A DNA stretch of 64,000 nucleotides from Octopus sinensis. Taxonomy: Eukaryota. The notes under the pieces were generated by a model, which was not told the DNA's origin, ran no database searches, and saw only the letters and a list, made by a program, of their open reading frames with translations. A program made the position numbers and the translations under genes. The DNA lies in NCBI RefSeq assembly GCF_006345805.1, contig NC_042999.1, positions 115,568,001 to 115,632,000 of the forward strand, given 5' to 3'. Numbering within the stretch: position 1 is the first letter of the stretch; each line of letters opens with the position of its first letter. Below are positions 12,007 to 25,100 of the stretch, piece by piece.

Positions 12007-12202
12007 GTCCCTTTCTGTATACACACATACACACACAGAAGCGTAACTGTGGTATGAAGCTTGCTTCTCAACCACATGGTTCTTGATTCAGTTCCACTGC
12101 ATGACATCTTGGGCAAGTGTATTCTATTATAGCTTCGGTTCGAGCAAAGTCTTGTGAGTAGATTTGATAGACTGAAACTGAAAGAGGCCTGTGGTGTGTG
12201 AG

Positions 12203-12242
<40 letters not shown>

Positions 12243-12410
12243 CATACATACATACATAGATACGTGTGTGTGTGTGTGTGTGTTAATGTGTGTATGTGTG
12301 TGGTGTGTGTGTATGTGTTTCTGTCTGTGTTTGTACTCCCATTACCGCTTGGTAACTAGTGTTTATGTGTTTACATCCCCGTAACTTAGCGATTCGGCAA
12401 GAGAGACGTA
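11805..12410 (+). mobile_element. Degenerate SINE A head (11805-11930), (CTAT)n, and SINE A (12036-12410) with internal (GT)n
   Basis: aagcttgcttctcaaccacatggttc head, ttgggcaagtgt core and gtaacttagcgattcggcaag tail. Confidence 0.75.
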
Positions 12411-12641
12411 CAAGCACACGCGCGCTCGCATACACACCTAATCAAATCATATATTAGGGCTAGGTATGTACATGTGTATCTATGTTTTGTGTATACTAGT
12501 GTCAAACGTTGCGTTGAGTTCGACATATGCTAGTAGCAGATTAAAATAAAGGACTGGGATGGATATAATCGATTAAAAAATTATTATCCATAAAAAGTAC
12601 TCCAGCATGGATGTAGACTAAGACTGAAACCAGCGGTTTTA

Positions 12642-13039
12642 TAGGCACAGGCATGGCTATGTGGCAAGAAGCTTGCTTCCCAACTATATGGTTCTGGGTT
12701 CAGTCCGACTGCGATGCACCATGCCTCGGGCCGACCATACATATATACATACATATATACATACATACATACACGAGGCTCCGGCAGGGGATGGTGGTGA
12801 ACCCTGCTGTACTCTTTCACCACAACTTTCTCTCGCTCTTTCTTCCTGTTTCTCTTGTACCTGTATTTCAAAGGGCCAGCCTTGTCACAATCTGTGTCAC
12901 GCTGAATCTCCTCGAGAACTACGTTAAGGGTACACGTGTCTGTGGTGTGCTCAGCCACTTGCACGTTAATATCACGAGCAAGCTGTTCCGTTGATCGTAT
13001 CAGCTGAGACCCTCATCGTCGCAACCGACGGAGTGCTCC
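12642..13039 (+). mobile_element. SINE A head (12642-12737) joined via (CATA)n to SINE family C body (12772-13039)
   Basis: Family C body cacgaggctccggcagg...cagccacttgcacgttaat is shared with 13128, 17811 and 19263. Confidence 0.75.
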
Positions 13040-13062
13040 TATACATACATACATACATACAT

Positions 13063-13127
<65 letters not shown>

Positions 13128-13129
<2 letters not shown>

Positions 13130-13395
13130 AGGCGCAATGGCCTAGTGGTTAGGGCAGCGGACTCGCGGTCGCAGGATCGCGGTTTCGATTCCCAGACCGG
13201 GCGTTGTGTGTGTTTATTGAGCGAAAACACCTAAAAGCTCCACGAGGCTCCGGCAGGGGGTGGTGATCCCTGTTGTACTCTTTCACCACTCTTTCTTCTG
13301 TTGGCCTGCTCGCTTAGCCAGCGGGGTGGCGTCATTCGAAGGCTAATTATCCAGCGATGTGTAACAACATCTGATGGTCTGGTCGGTCACGTAAT

Positions 13396-13403
<8 letters not shown>
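13128..13403 (+). mobile_element. tRNA-derived SINE, family C, well-preserved head
   Basis: A box tggcctagtgg and B box ggtttcgattcc in ggaggcgcaatggcctagtggttagggcagcggactcgcggtcgcaggatcgcggtttcgattccc. Confidence 0.85.
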
Positions 13404-13480
<77 letters not shown>

Positions 13481-13499
13481 AGTGTTGTGTGTGCGTGTT

Positions 13500-13712
13500 T
13501 GTGCATGTGAGTGCGTCCTTGGGATTGTGTTGTCCCCCACCCCATCGCTTGACAATTAGTGTCGATGTGCTTATGTTCCAGTAAATTAGAGGTTCGGCAA
13601 AAGAGTCGATTAAATAAGTACCAGGCTTAAAAAAAAATATTGGTGTTGACTCATTCGACTAAAAATTATTCAAGGCTGTGCTCCAGCAAGTCTGCAGTCT
13701 AAGTAAAAGATA
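13500..13712 (+). mobile_element. SINE family A tail
   Basis: catcgcttgacaat...ggttcggcaaaagag...gctccagca...gtaaaaga. Confidence 0.7.
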
Positions 13713-15019
13713 GGTAAACACAAACACACACATACACACACATACACACAAGCACAAACATACACATAAAAGCGTTAATTGCATGGGGGACAACTCACTT
13801 GCGCTTTTTTCACAAATAAAGCATGGCAGGAGCGCTTAACTTGGTACAATGCAGACATTCATTGTACATGGTCATTACAATTCTTATTTCTGGAGAACGA
13901 AACAAAACTAGAGTATATTAGTAACCTCATTTAACCTTCAAATCATTATCGTGTGTTATTTTGGAGCATAATTAAATCAGCAATTAATCATGATTTAAAC
14001 ACGCATAAAGAGCAATTAGTGATGAAAATCTGAATTCTCAAAATTGAATGATTAATTACAAAATTGATATGATAATGCCTCACCCTGATTTTTTTTATTT
14101 ATTTAGAAATAAACCATCAGATTAATCAAGAATGTAAAGTTAATAATTTTCCGATATTTAAAGACTCTAATAAATGTTTAAAGTAAAATTAGAAAGAGAA
14201 AATAAACTAAAAGAAAAGAAAGAAATTCTTAATAGGTAGCATTCTGAAAAGAAGATAACTAGAAACACTACTTAAATTCGTGTCAAAGAACCGTGACTGT
14301 TGGAATTGATTCTCGTAGTCATGGAGTAAAAATATCACAGATCAGTATTTAAAAAAAATTTTATTGAGAGGCATTTGAATAAATCATCTGAGCTATAAAA
14401 CACAGCGAACAAACCACTTTAAAGGTATTTTAATATCGCGGAGCTTAAAACCCCTGTGAGTATAGTTTATATAGTGAAATAATGAATTAATAAAAGTGTT
14501 AGATAGCAGAATGGATTGGCAGAAATAGTAGAGAAAACGAGATGCTGTATTTAGTTATAATCTATGTTCAGAAGGATTGCCCTCCCTTTTTATCCTTCTG
14601 AAGCAGATAAAGTATCAATCGACCAATGGAGGCTTTGTGCCTATGTTAGAAATCACTGCGAAGTGCGTTAGAAATAACAGCTAGTTTGATGGTTGCGAAT
14701 GCGTTTAGATATTCATAATAAACACCATGGATATGAAGTATTAAGTATAGATTTCGAAATTTAGCACAAGGCCACATATTTTAAGAGAATAGTTAATCGA
14801 TTTAATCGATATCCAGTATGAGACGAAATATTAATGGGCCCCAGAAATATAAAAAAAAAACAAACCGACCATGACGGGATCAGAAATCAAATCATAAGTC
14901 AAGAAAAGAGAAAAATAAAAGTGTTTTCAGATACACTTTTACAGAAAATATCTAAAAATAAACGAAAACAGTACACAATATGAGCAGAAATATAGAGATC
15001 AATTAATAGAATGAAATTA

Positions 15020-15670
15020 TCAGAGAACTAGCCTCTGCTAGCTGGAAATACATATCAAATCTCTCTCATACTGAGTTCTACACCTTGAAAAATGAAGGAG
15101 ACATTTGATAATGTACTCCTTGATACATAATGTTATAGAAAAAGATGGATGCGCATAGGTACAACATCTTTATTCGTTGATCTGCTAAGTTAGAGCTGAC
15201 CTGGAATTAACCACCATAACGACAAATGAAAATGGGTGCTATCAAAAGCAATTCATTAACTCAATATTAATCTATTAATTCAATATGGATTTATTGGAGA
15301 AATTGAATAACATTTCGGTATTCTGAAGATTCTTGTGTCGAACTATTTATATGAGAATTATTAAAGACATATTTATTTTATTAAGCCGAGTAATTTATTT
15401 ATGATAGATAAATTAAAAATATGTTCATAAGTAAGGATATTAATGTGACTATTGTTTAGGTTCAAGTCACCTCTGATCGATCAAAGCTATAATCAAAGTC
15501 ATTCCAGGTATGACTATCCCATCTTATTATTTTAGGTAGTGGGGTACATTATCTAATGTCTTCCCCCTTTTAAGGCGATAGCATGCATTTTTAAAGAAAC
15601 TTAGATCCTGTGACTGCGAGGAGATTCTCTCAAAGTTTTATAATCGATTCTGTGGTCAAGTAAGCGGTTT
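15020..15670. mobile_element. Inverted pair of degenerate family D repeat tails (15020-15225 +; 15450-15670 -)
   Basis: gctagctggaaata...ggacacattggataatgt-like core on +, its rc on the second copy; a third copy lies at ~38905-39085. Confidence 0.5.
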
Positions 15671-17810
15671 TCTTTTAACTGGTACTACAACCTGATGATA
15701 GGCATGTATTAATTAATTACACAGAAATGAAATTAAACACACTACCAGAGGAATTAGAACTGGGTTTCTTAAAAAAAAAAAGTTGAAAAAAGCTTTTGAT
15801 CGTATGTGATAGTTAATATTTATAAAGGAAGACTCAAACGTGTGTTTTCAAATAAAATGAGTTTTATCGTTGTTGGAACCAATTAATTCATATTCATAAC
15901 TAACTTCCTTTAACCCGAGCAATAATGTAGCCATAGTGAATTCATTGAATTGGCGGCTTTCATTAAAATTTTGAGATGACAGTTAAACATAAAAATGAGA
16001 AGATATTCGTAGAAAGTCAAGAGTATTAATCTCGTTCAACATTAATTATGGCAATAATAAACAATTTTAAAGTGTTAAGAAAATCAATGGAACTCGGGTA
16101 AATGTTATAATTTAATAGGATTAGAAAATACAAGACCAGTTATTTATTACCTGAACTCTTACTGTTATAAGCACACCCACCGGAAATCTATGGAACTTCT
16201 TGCAACACTTCATGTCTGAAATGGCATGAATTATATGTAAAGCAATATGGAACATGCGATGTGTCGATTCTGAAGCTCTGGAAGATAAGAAATTTATAAT
16301 ACTGCAACAATACCGTTGTTTTAAATGGCTTCCATTAAAATCTTACTGTTATGTTTCTGAATGGTCTCATGATCTAATCCTTGAATCGCTAATGTTACTA
16401 TTCTGAAAAATAAAACGAGCGTTTAAGAATAATTATTACCATAAGTTTCTTAGTCTAAGGTTCCTTCTTTGCAATTCATAAATTGAAATGTCTAAAAGGT
16501 TTTAGAGAATGGAAGGACGACCAGTATTCTTTCATGAGCATTTTAAATACAATGATATACACTAGTAGTTGTTGTATAATAGCAATAATTGTTTTGCTTA
16601 CACATGGCGATTACGATTATTCACTGCTCTAGGCTTTAGAAGTCCTTGGACTGGTAAAGTAATCAAGTTAAAAGATGAATCACAATCACTGTAACCAGAT
16701 TTTATATTGTTTGTTTTGATTATAATTGTTTCAGTATTTTCGCATTATTTTTATTTGCATAATTATTCATTAATATGAAAGGAATAACTAAAATATTTTA
16801 AAATTCACTTTAGCAGTTACGTGTGAAGTTTTTTCTCTACATGATATTGTTTGCGCAATAAAAAGCATGATTATGTTATTTTTAGTCTCCAAGACAGCAT
16901 TAATCGAGCGGACTGATGATTAAAAAAAATTTCAATCGTGATATTATTGTGTTTTTAAATAGTGTATACTAAGAACGACATTATTCAATGTTTCATTTTC
17001 TTTATTGAAAAATATAGGATATGGCATGAAAATTTGGTTGCTATTTCTAAGCAGGTCAAACGACTGCATATAAGCTTTCTTCTTGGCTCTATGATATTCA
17101 TTAAATTAACGCAGGCGATCCTTATACATAATTTCTTTACGTGCCAGTTAATTCTTTAATGTAACTACACTACAGTAAATAATGATAAAACCGAACATGA
17201 AATTGAAATAGGTAAATTAATCTATAGTTTCTTAAAAATAATATTTTGTTTCATCTGAGTATTAATGTCTAATAAAATATTAAAATACTAATTGCTCACA
17301 AATATATCCCAATTGTTCCTTTGTTAACTAATTCTCTATTAGCTCTTATTAGAGTTTCGGTATTTTGTAACTATAATAGTTTATACAGATAAACATACTT
17401 AGCGTCCTCGTGAAAGAATATTGTCCTATACATATTTTCTTCAAAAGTATTTTCTTCCGATAATTTCCTAGGAAAATTCTTGAATAGATTTTATCTGAAA
17501 ATGATACATTCATAGCAATAACCACATATATTTCTGAAGTTTCTTTGCCACTCAAATAAAATTTTTATTCAACTATCCTTTAAGCTGATTTTCCGATCTT
17601 AAACTTAAAAATCTGATAAAAACAAGACCTTTTGATCCATACAGATATTTTCGGAATAACATAAGTAATTTTGCATAGTGATAGACAAAACAAGTACATT
17701 ATTTTAAAAATTTATTTATAAATCCGCTCTCTTCAAAATAAAAAGATATTCTTTAAATATCAACTGACATATATTTAGTTAGAACATACAGCGGATATAG
17801 AAGTCGTTGT

Positions 17811-18162
17811 GGAACTCCATCGGTTACGACTACGTGGGTTACAGTTGATCCGATCAACGCAACAGCCTGCTCATGAAATTAACGTGCAAGTGGCTGAGCA
17901 CTCCACAGACAGGTGTACCCCTTAACATAGTTTTCGGAGATTCAGCGTGACACAGAGTGTGACAAAGCTGGCCCTTCGAAATACAGGTACAACAGAAACA
18001 GGAGAAAGTGTGAGAGAAAGCTGTGGCGAAAGAGTACAGCAGGGTTCACATTCATCTCCTGCCGGAACATCGTAGAGCTTTAGGTATTTTTGTTCAATAA
18101 ACATTCACAACGCCTGGCCTGGGAATCGAAACCGCGAGTTCGCTGCCCTAACCACTGGGCCT
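17811..18162 (-). mobile_element. SINE family C
   Basis: gggaatcgaaaccgcg (rc B box) and aacgtgcaagtggctgagcac. Confidence 0.85.
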
Positions 18163-18499
18163 CTACAGATACAGAAGTAAACAGTTAGGGAAGTAAACAA
18201 TTGACTAGTTTAAACTAATAAGAGCATTTTCTTTTGAACGGGAATCGCTTTTATAGATAGACTGCCGTGTTCCTAGGAAAACCGGAATTTAAAAAAAATA
18301 TATTTTAGTCTGGAGGGCAGGTTGTACACATGGCCTTCACGATTAGTGGAATATTTCTTTATTACCCACAAGGGGCTAAACATAGGTGGGACAATACACA
18401 CATGCGGGGACAATCAACACATGAAAGAATGGAATAATGAAATTATACAATGAAGCTGGAACGCCACTCCAGCCCCGCTCCGGGGTGGTTACATTATTT

Positions 18500-18630
18500 C
18501 AATTATTTCAACAGTTCTTTTCAAAGTTATTTCAACATTTTTCAAAAGCTCTTTTCAAAATTATCTCAATAGTTCTTTTCAAAATTATTTCAATAGTTCT
18601 TTTCAAAATTTTCTCAACAGTTCTTTCTTA
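18500..18630. repeat. 24-bp minisatellite (ttcaaaattatttcaatagttctt), ~5 diverged units
   Basis: Directly visible tandem units. Confidence 0.8.
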
Positions 18631-19262
18631 CCATTTTTTATAGTTCTTAATTTCCTTATAGTTCACCACTGGAGCACTGGGTTCGAAATTCACCTCGGGC
18701 CCCAGTGAGTTTATATCTGATGGGAAAGCCTCTTTTAACTTTCTATACTTATCTTTTTCCATTAAAATTCATCTCGTCTCCTTATCGTAACCCTCCGAGA
18801 GGTTCACTTTAACAATGTCTTTCATCTTAGAAGGAAGGAAGGAAGGCATCCTCAAGTCAGAGATTTGGCTTGGATGCTTACAACAAAGTAGACTTCGCTA
18901 AAAGTAACCAAAGTGCCAGGTGCTGCTGCTAAACTGGACGACAAATTAAGTCTACTACCGTACCAAAAATATCTACATGAGCTTAATTTGCTCAAGATCT
19001 CTCTCGCTCTCACTCACACACACACATTGAATTACACATTTTAATAAAACATACAAAACATTTTATGTTCGTAATAGTTGCTCTTTGGAGTATTGCCCAA
19101 AATTTCTCTTCACTTTTCTTTCACTTTTTCATAAACATTTATGTTAATATGAACTCTTTCACATCCTAGAAAATAAGGATCATGTCACATAAATATATTA
19201 TATAATTGGACACTTCAGACTGCTATGATTTCTGTTACCTTTATCGTACATTATAAAATGTG

Positions 19263-19570
19263 AAGGCACCTGGCTTAGTGGTTAGTGTATTCGGCTCACG
19301 ATCATGAGTTCGATTCCCAGTAGTGCATTGCGTCATTGAGCACCTACTATATTTCCCATTACTCTATTTCACTCATATGGCAAAAATGAGTTGTACATGT
19401 AGCTCAGTGAGCCAGCCTTGTCACATTCACACTGAATCTCCTTGAGAATTGCGATACAGGTATGTGTGTCGGTGAAGTACTCAGCCACTTGCACGTTAAT
19501 TTTACGAGCAGTCTGTTCCGTTGATCGAATCAACTGGAACACTCATCATCGTAACCGACGGAATGCCCCA
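19263..19570 (+). mobile_element. SINE family C (degenerate)
   Basis: tggcttagtggttag...gagttcgattccc head and cagccacttgcacgttaat body. Confidence 0.75.
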
Positions 19571-20387
19571 GTATTATAAAATATATTTTTATGACTCATG
19601 GTGATTTCGTGTGTTCAGTCACTTTTGTTATATTCTCTAATCTGCCATTATTTTTGTACCGGGCTATATTTTCGAAATTCTCGTACAGTTTAGATCCATG
19701 ATGATTAACATATTTCTTCGTAACGTTCTTATACTACTTTTGATAGATAAATTATTTCTATATCCCTACTACAATCATGTTCATTTATTTGTTTTACAAT
19801 CAGCAATTTATTTTTGTAACATATTCTTTATCCTTTTTATCTAAAATAACCCCAACCAATTTGTATTCTGTCGATTCACTGTATATCGAATGTAAATATA
19901 CCGCGCACTCTACAATTATAATGTAAGGTTGCTCAAATACAAAAATAGTCTATGTTACTATTTTCGTATTTGCCTGTAAATAGTTTGTAAGTATTTACGT
20001 TATGCAGGAACTAATCTTGCTGATGTTAATTATTGGATGTTACTCCATTTTAGCATACATATACGAAAGGTGAATGAACTTCCAAATGCGATTCAGTAAC
20101 ATTTACACGAATTTTCTGTAAATTTTGTGTATATTTGCATTGAATAGAAATGAATTGGCTACCAAAGGTATATGCAGAATACGCGCGACTTCTTGCTATA
20201 TTTATAACTTCTTGTTTAATCCTTGCTACAAAGTTCTATAGCCACCAGTTTCTTTATATGCATATTCCACGTGCAGATGGCTGTGAACAAAATTTTGATT
20301 TTTATAAACCCTGTTTAACTGGCTATTAGATTGTGAGAATAACGGTTTATATTTCAACGTCTTGATGAATTAATATATTATTTATGT

Positions 20388-20616
20388 TAAGGCTGTGAGC
20401 TGGCAGAAACGTTAGCACGCTGGGCGAAGTGCCTAGCCGTATTTCGTCTGCCGTTACGTTCTGAGTTCAAATTCCGCCTAGGTCGACTTTGCCTTTCATC
20501 CTTTCGAGGTCGATAAATAAAGTACCAATTACGTACTGGGGTCGATGTAATCGACTTAATCCCTTTGTCTGTCCTTGTTTGTTCCCTCAATGTTTAGCCC
20601 CTTGTGGACAGTAAAG
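20388..20616 (+). mobile_element. SINE family B
   Basis: aaggctgtgagctggcagaaacgttagc...ctgagttcaaattccgcc. Confidence 0.85.
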
Positions 20617-20629
20617 AAATATATATATA

Positions 20630-21780
20630 AGACAGCGAGAAAACTGTAAGTCATATGGTTTAATTTCTCTTTTTCTCTCCAGGTTCAAAAATCTCCCTAG
20701 AATGTTTTTTAATATTGCCGACAAGAATTTCCCTGTGGGCCATAAATATTGTAATTACCTAGGAACTTAGTTAAGAATATTTCATTTAGATTATCTAAGT
20801 TATCTGCTTATGTTGACATTTTCAATGATAACGCCGAATTTTATAACTCTGCCTTACTTAAAGCAGGTTATACAGAGAAAATTATCTACATTGATTCTAT
20901 TCAGCCTTTTTCTAACAATACTAATGCAGATACGAAATTTAGTTGTAAAGGAATTAACAATATCAATTTTAATTTATACTCCGAAACAAAACGGAGGAAG
21001 GGAGATAACACTTATTTAATCCCCCATTATCATTCTAAAGGTAAATTTAAGTTTTTCAAAAATAATTTCACTAAAAATAAGATAAATAGTAGTAAAACAA
21101 TTTGGCTAATTATTCCATACGAGAGGCAAATTAAATCTAATCTCCCATTGCAGTTCCGTGAAGCTATTATTAGGAATTTTCCAAAGAATTCTAGGTATTA
21201 CTCTATTATCGGCTCACATACGGTTAGGATTGGTTTTTCCAACACTAAACATCTCTTACAAATTATCTCTTCATATAATAACAACCTGTTAAATATAAAT
21301 ACATTTACTAATACTAACATTAATTTAGCTAATACCACCCATCCCTCTAGAAATATTAATAACAAGGTTATTGTATCTGAAGTCAATTCCAACAGAATCA
21401 AGTTTATGTCGAGTAACTCAAAAATTAAAAATTCTATATACAAGTGTAAAATTTCTACTCATAATCAAGTACAATTTTACATTAGAAGCACGTCTTTACA
21501 GTTATCTAAAAGGATTTCTAACCATTACTCGACATCTAGGGATAGGAATAAACGTAACAGTACAGGGCTCAGTAAATTAATTTGGTATCTACAAGACCAT
21601 AATAAACAGTTTAATTTAGAATGGTTGATTCTCTCAATCTCAATACTTTATGACAAAGGCAAGGAAGTCTGTCTTCTCTGTAATTCTGAACTATTTTTCA
21701 ATATTTTTTTCTAAAAATATCCTAGTAAACACGGTTATACATTGGCAAAAACATACCTTTTGTTCATATAAGTAATCTCT
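20630..21780 (+). pseudogene. Penelope-like element C-terminal region (RT thumb, linker, GIY-YIG endonuclease), Naiad-like; two fragments
   Basis: NISFRLSKLSAYVDIFNDNAEFYNSALLKAGY; IWLIIPYERQ..NFPKNSRY..HTVRIGFS; ORF 21148-21714 IYKCKI..FYIRST..RISNH..NSTGLSKLIWYL..CLLCNSE. A second fragment VIWFNFSFSLQV..NFPVGHKY lies at 20630-20760. Confidence 0.75.
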
Positions 21781-22063
21781 ATCATTATATATAATTTAGA
21801 CATTAATTTTATTTTTATATTTCACATTCACGAAAAATATATATTTTTAGGTTTTATTTAATATACATATAGTCATATACTTCTCATTTATTTAGCTTTT
21901 CTTTAATTTATCCCTCCTCTTTCTATAGGCTACCTCTGACAATATTAACAGCATTCAGTTAATCACTATACATATCCATCATTTGTATATATATATGTTT
22001 AGATATATATATGTATATATATACATATATATATGTGTGTATATATATATATGTATATATATA

Positions 22064-22607
22064 CAGGGTCAGGCAAAAATGATCTGACACATTTGTAGGT
22101 TAAATAAAAGGCATTGTTTTTCGTTTCTTTTTCAGTTGTTGCCATGAATTGGACTGGTGAGCATCGCGCTTTCATTGTGGAAACGTTTATCAAAACAAAC
22201 GATTCTGTAACTGCAACACAAAGAGCGTTCCGTTTGCACTTTAATCTTGGTGGACATGATCCCGTACCAGCTCGAAACACGATCTTGTTATGGGTTACCA
22301 ACTTCAGAGCTACTGGATCTGCATTGAAACGAAAATCAACCGGCCGAACAACTTAAAGATGCAATTCGTCAAGAAATTACTGCCATTCCACATGAAATGA
22401 CCCGCCGAGTTATTGACAACTTTCGTGAACGCCTTCGACAGTGTGTGGACAATAATGGATCCCATTTGACTGATTTAATTTTTAAAACATAATGAAACAA
22501 AATGGCATTATATGTACTTTTCAAAAATAAAAACACTTTTTTGTTTCTTTACTTCATTTGCCTTTTATTTAACCTACAAATGTGTCAGATCATTTTGCCT
22601 GACCCTG
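22064..22607 (+). mobile_element. Internally deleted DD41D/rosa-type element (544 bp) with near-perfect ~50-bp TIRs
   Basis: TIR cagggtcaggcaaaaatgatctgacacatttgtaggttaaataaaaggca at both ends, TA flanks inside (TA)n. N-terminal HTH MNWTGEHRAFIVETF..GR is joined to C-terminal LKDAIRQEI..CVDNNGSHL. Confidence 0.9.
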
Positions 22608-22654
22608 TATATATATATGTGTATATATATATGTATATGCATGTGTGTGTATAT

Positions 22655-22770
22655 ATATAGATATGTCGGTGTTCGTATATGTAGATATGTACTTGTACGT
22701 ATGTGTAGATATGTACGTGTACGTATGTGTAGATATGTACCTGCACGTATATGTAGACATGTTCGTATGT
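22655..22770. repeat. ~24-bp minisatellite (gtatgtgtagatatgtacgtgtac), ~4 units
   Basis: Directly visible. Confidence 0.75.
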
Positions 22771-22880
22771 ATATTTATACACCGAACCTGTGATATTTAA
22801 TGTAGTTGATATATTTAATCTGTCTAATTTCTTTATCCGCATAATTGCCCCTCCCTCTTTATCTACCTATCTATCTATCA

Positions 22881-22937
<57 letters not shown>

Positions 22938-23332
22938 TTATGTGTGATAAATATATGGCACAGGAAACTAGAGAGTTACATACTGCAAAAATACACACAT
23001 TATGCTCAAAAACCGTCTCAACCCTTATTAGTTATCAGCTAAAAAGTCATCACTGTTTGTACACTTTCTGATAATATGTCAGCAAGATACTCCACTAGGG
23101 TATGAACGAGAGGATCTGATAAACGAACTCGATTAGAATACAAAGAGACTAATAAAAGTTACGAGTAAAGATGAAGTCTTTAGGCTGAATGGTAAAGAAA
23201 GGCGCGTTATGAGGAAGCCTGGGAAATACATACACGCACACACACAACACATACACACACATGTATATGTATAACGAAGGAAAGAAATAAACAAGGACAG
23301 TAACAGGAAAAAAAAATTAACGGCGCAGCTAG

Positions 23333-23530
23333 ATATTGGTTTCAAATTTTGGAACAAAGCCAGCAAAGTCGGGGAAGGAATACTCCAGTGTTCATCTGAT
23401 ATTTCTTCTGTCGCAAATGATGGAATGCAAAATCCACCGCAGTGACATTTGAACCAAGAACGTAAAGACGGACAAAAATCGGTAAGTGTTGCGTCTGTCG
23501 TACTAACGATTCTGTCAGCTCACCGCATTG
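23333..23530 (-). mobile_element. SINE family B (degenerate)
   Basis: atattggtttcaaattttggaacaaagcc...aacgattctgtcagctcaccgc. Confidence 0.7.
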
Positions 23531-24424
23531 AAACTGCGTCAACAAGACGTGTTGTATGAAGTAACACAATTAAAACTAATGGCGGACCTTTTGGACTTAG
23601 AAAAACATGCGCACGAAGATTACAAACTGATTTTTTAAAGGTAGGCGAACTAAGAATTGGCCATTTATTTTTACAGTGACCGATCTCATTCTTCCAAGGC
23701 CTTAATTTGTCATTTTTTTAAAAATTCAGTTCCTGGAAGTTTCATATAGAGATAAAATAAAAGTTGGGATAGTCGAAACGAAAAAAAGGAATTGTTAGAA
23801 AATTAGAGATAAACGATACCAAGAAGAAAGAAAATCGAAAAATACAAAGATATATTAAAGAGATACGAAGAAAGAGGGAAAGTAGAAAGATACAAAACTA
23901 GAAAGATAAACGCATGCGAGCATTAAAAGAAAGCTGTGTGAATAGAGAAATAGAATGTGTGTAAGAGTGTATACTAACAGTAAAATTACAATTATAAATT
24001 ACATAAAATCATATTGCTATACTGAATAGTTCAAATTTTCATGTTTGTCATATGCCTATTGAACAAAATATAATTTTCTTTTTCGCTGTAAAGTAACTAT
24101 ACTTGACGTTCTATTCTAACAATGAAAATACACTTCACCATATCGTATTTCTGTGAGGATAATGATTTTAAGATAATATATAAGTCATGTGATTACTATA
24201 GACTCACGTTTGCAATACTAACTATACATACCAAGGCAAAAATGTATTACGAGAAAAAAAAAGGTAATGAAGTTAATTATACATTTGCTTTATACGTTCA
24301 ATTGATAATTTCCAAATTCTTAAAACCACTTCGATAACTGGTTATCTTCCGAATGAAAAAAAAAACCCACCAGAAAATTGGTTTAGCATGAGATTGGTGT
24401 AAAGCACTAATTTGGATGTGTGTG

Positions 24425-24641
24425 TGGTATGTATGTATGTATGTATGTATGTATGTATGTATGTATGTATGTATGTATGTATGTATGTATGTATGTATGT
24501 ATGTATGTATGCATGTATGTATGTATATAATTATAAGTATATGTGTGTGTGTATATATATATATGCATATACATATGCATGTATATAAATTACACTCCCA
24601 TATATATGTAATATTTATATATAAATGTATACGTATGTACG

Positions 24642-24715
<74 letters not shown>

Positions 24716-24716
24716 G

Positions 24717-24747
<31 letters not shown>

Positions 24748-24790
24748 GTATATATTATATATATATATTATATATGTATATATATATATG

Positions 24791-24861
<71 letters not shown>

Positions 24862-24877
24862 GTATATATATATATAA

Positions 24878-24918
<41 letters not shown>

Positions 24919-24930
24919 TATATATATATG

Positions 24931-24980
<50 letters not shown>

Positions 24981-25032
24981 GTATATATATGTATATATAT
25001 ATGTATATATATATATATATATTATATATATG

Positions 25033-25098
<66 letters not shown>

Positions 25099-25100
25099 TA
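24425..25100. repeat. (TATG)n followed by a ~500-bp interrupted (TA)n array
   Basis: Directly visible. Confidence 0.95.

Noticed and set aside
13128-13200. tRNA gene calls for the tRNA-like heads (also 19263 and 58383-58458)
   Set aside because: Acceptor stems do not close and each continues into a repeat body; these are SINE heads, not tRNA genes.
18840-18990. LSLLPYQKYLHELNL resembling a CR1/L2 C-terminus
   Set aside because: Too short and without supporting motifs.
20646-20682. Apparent 37-nt GTAAGT...CCAG intron upstream of the Penelope ORF
   Set aside because: The same bases translate as VIWFNFSFSLQV, the decayed WFNPP coding motif, so the splice signals are coincidental.
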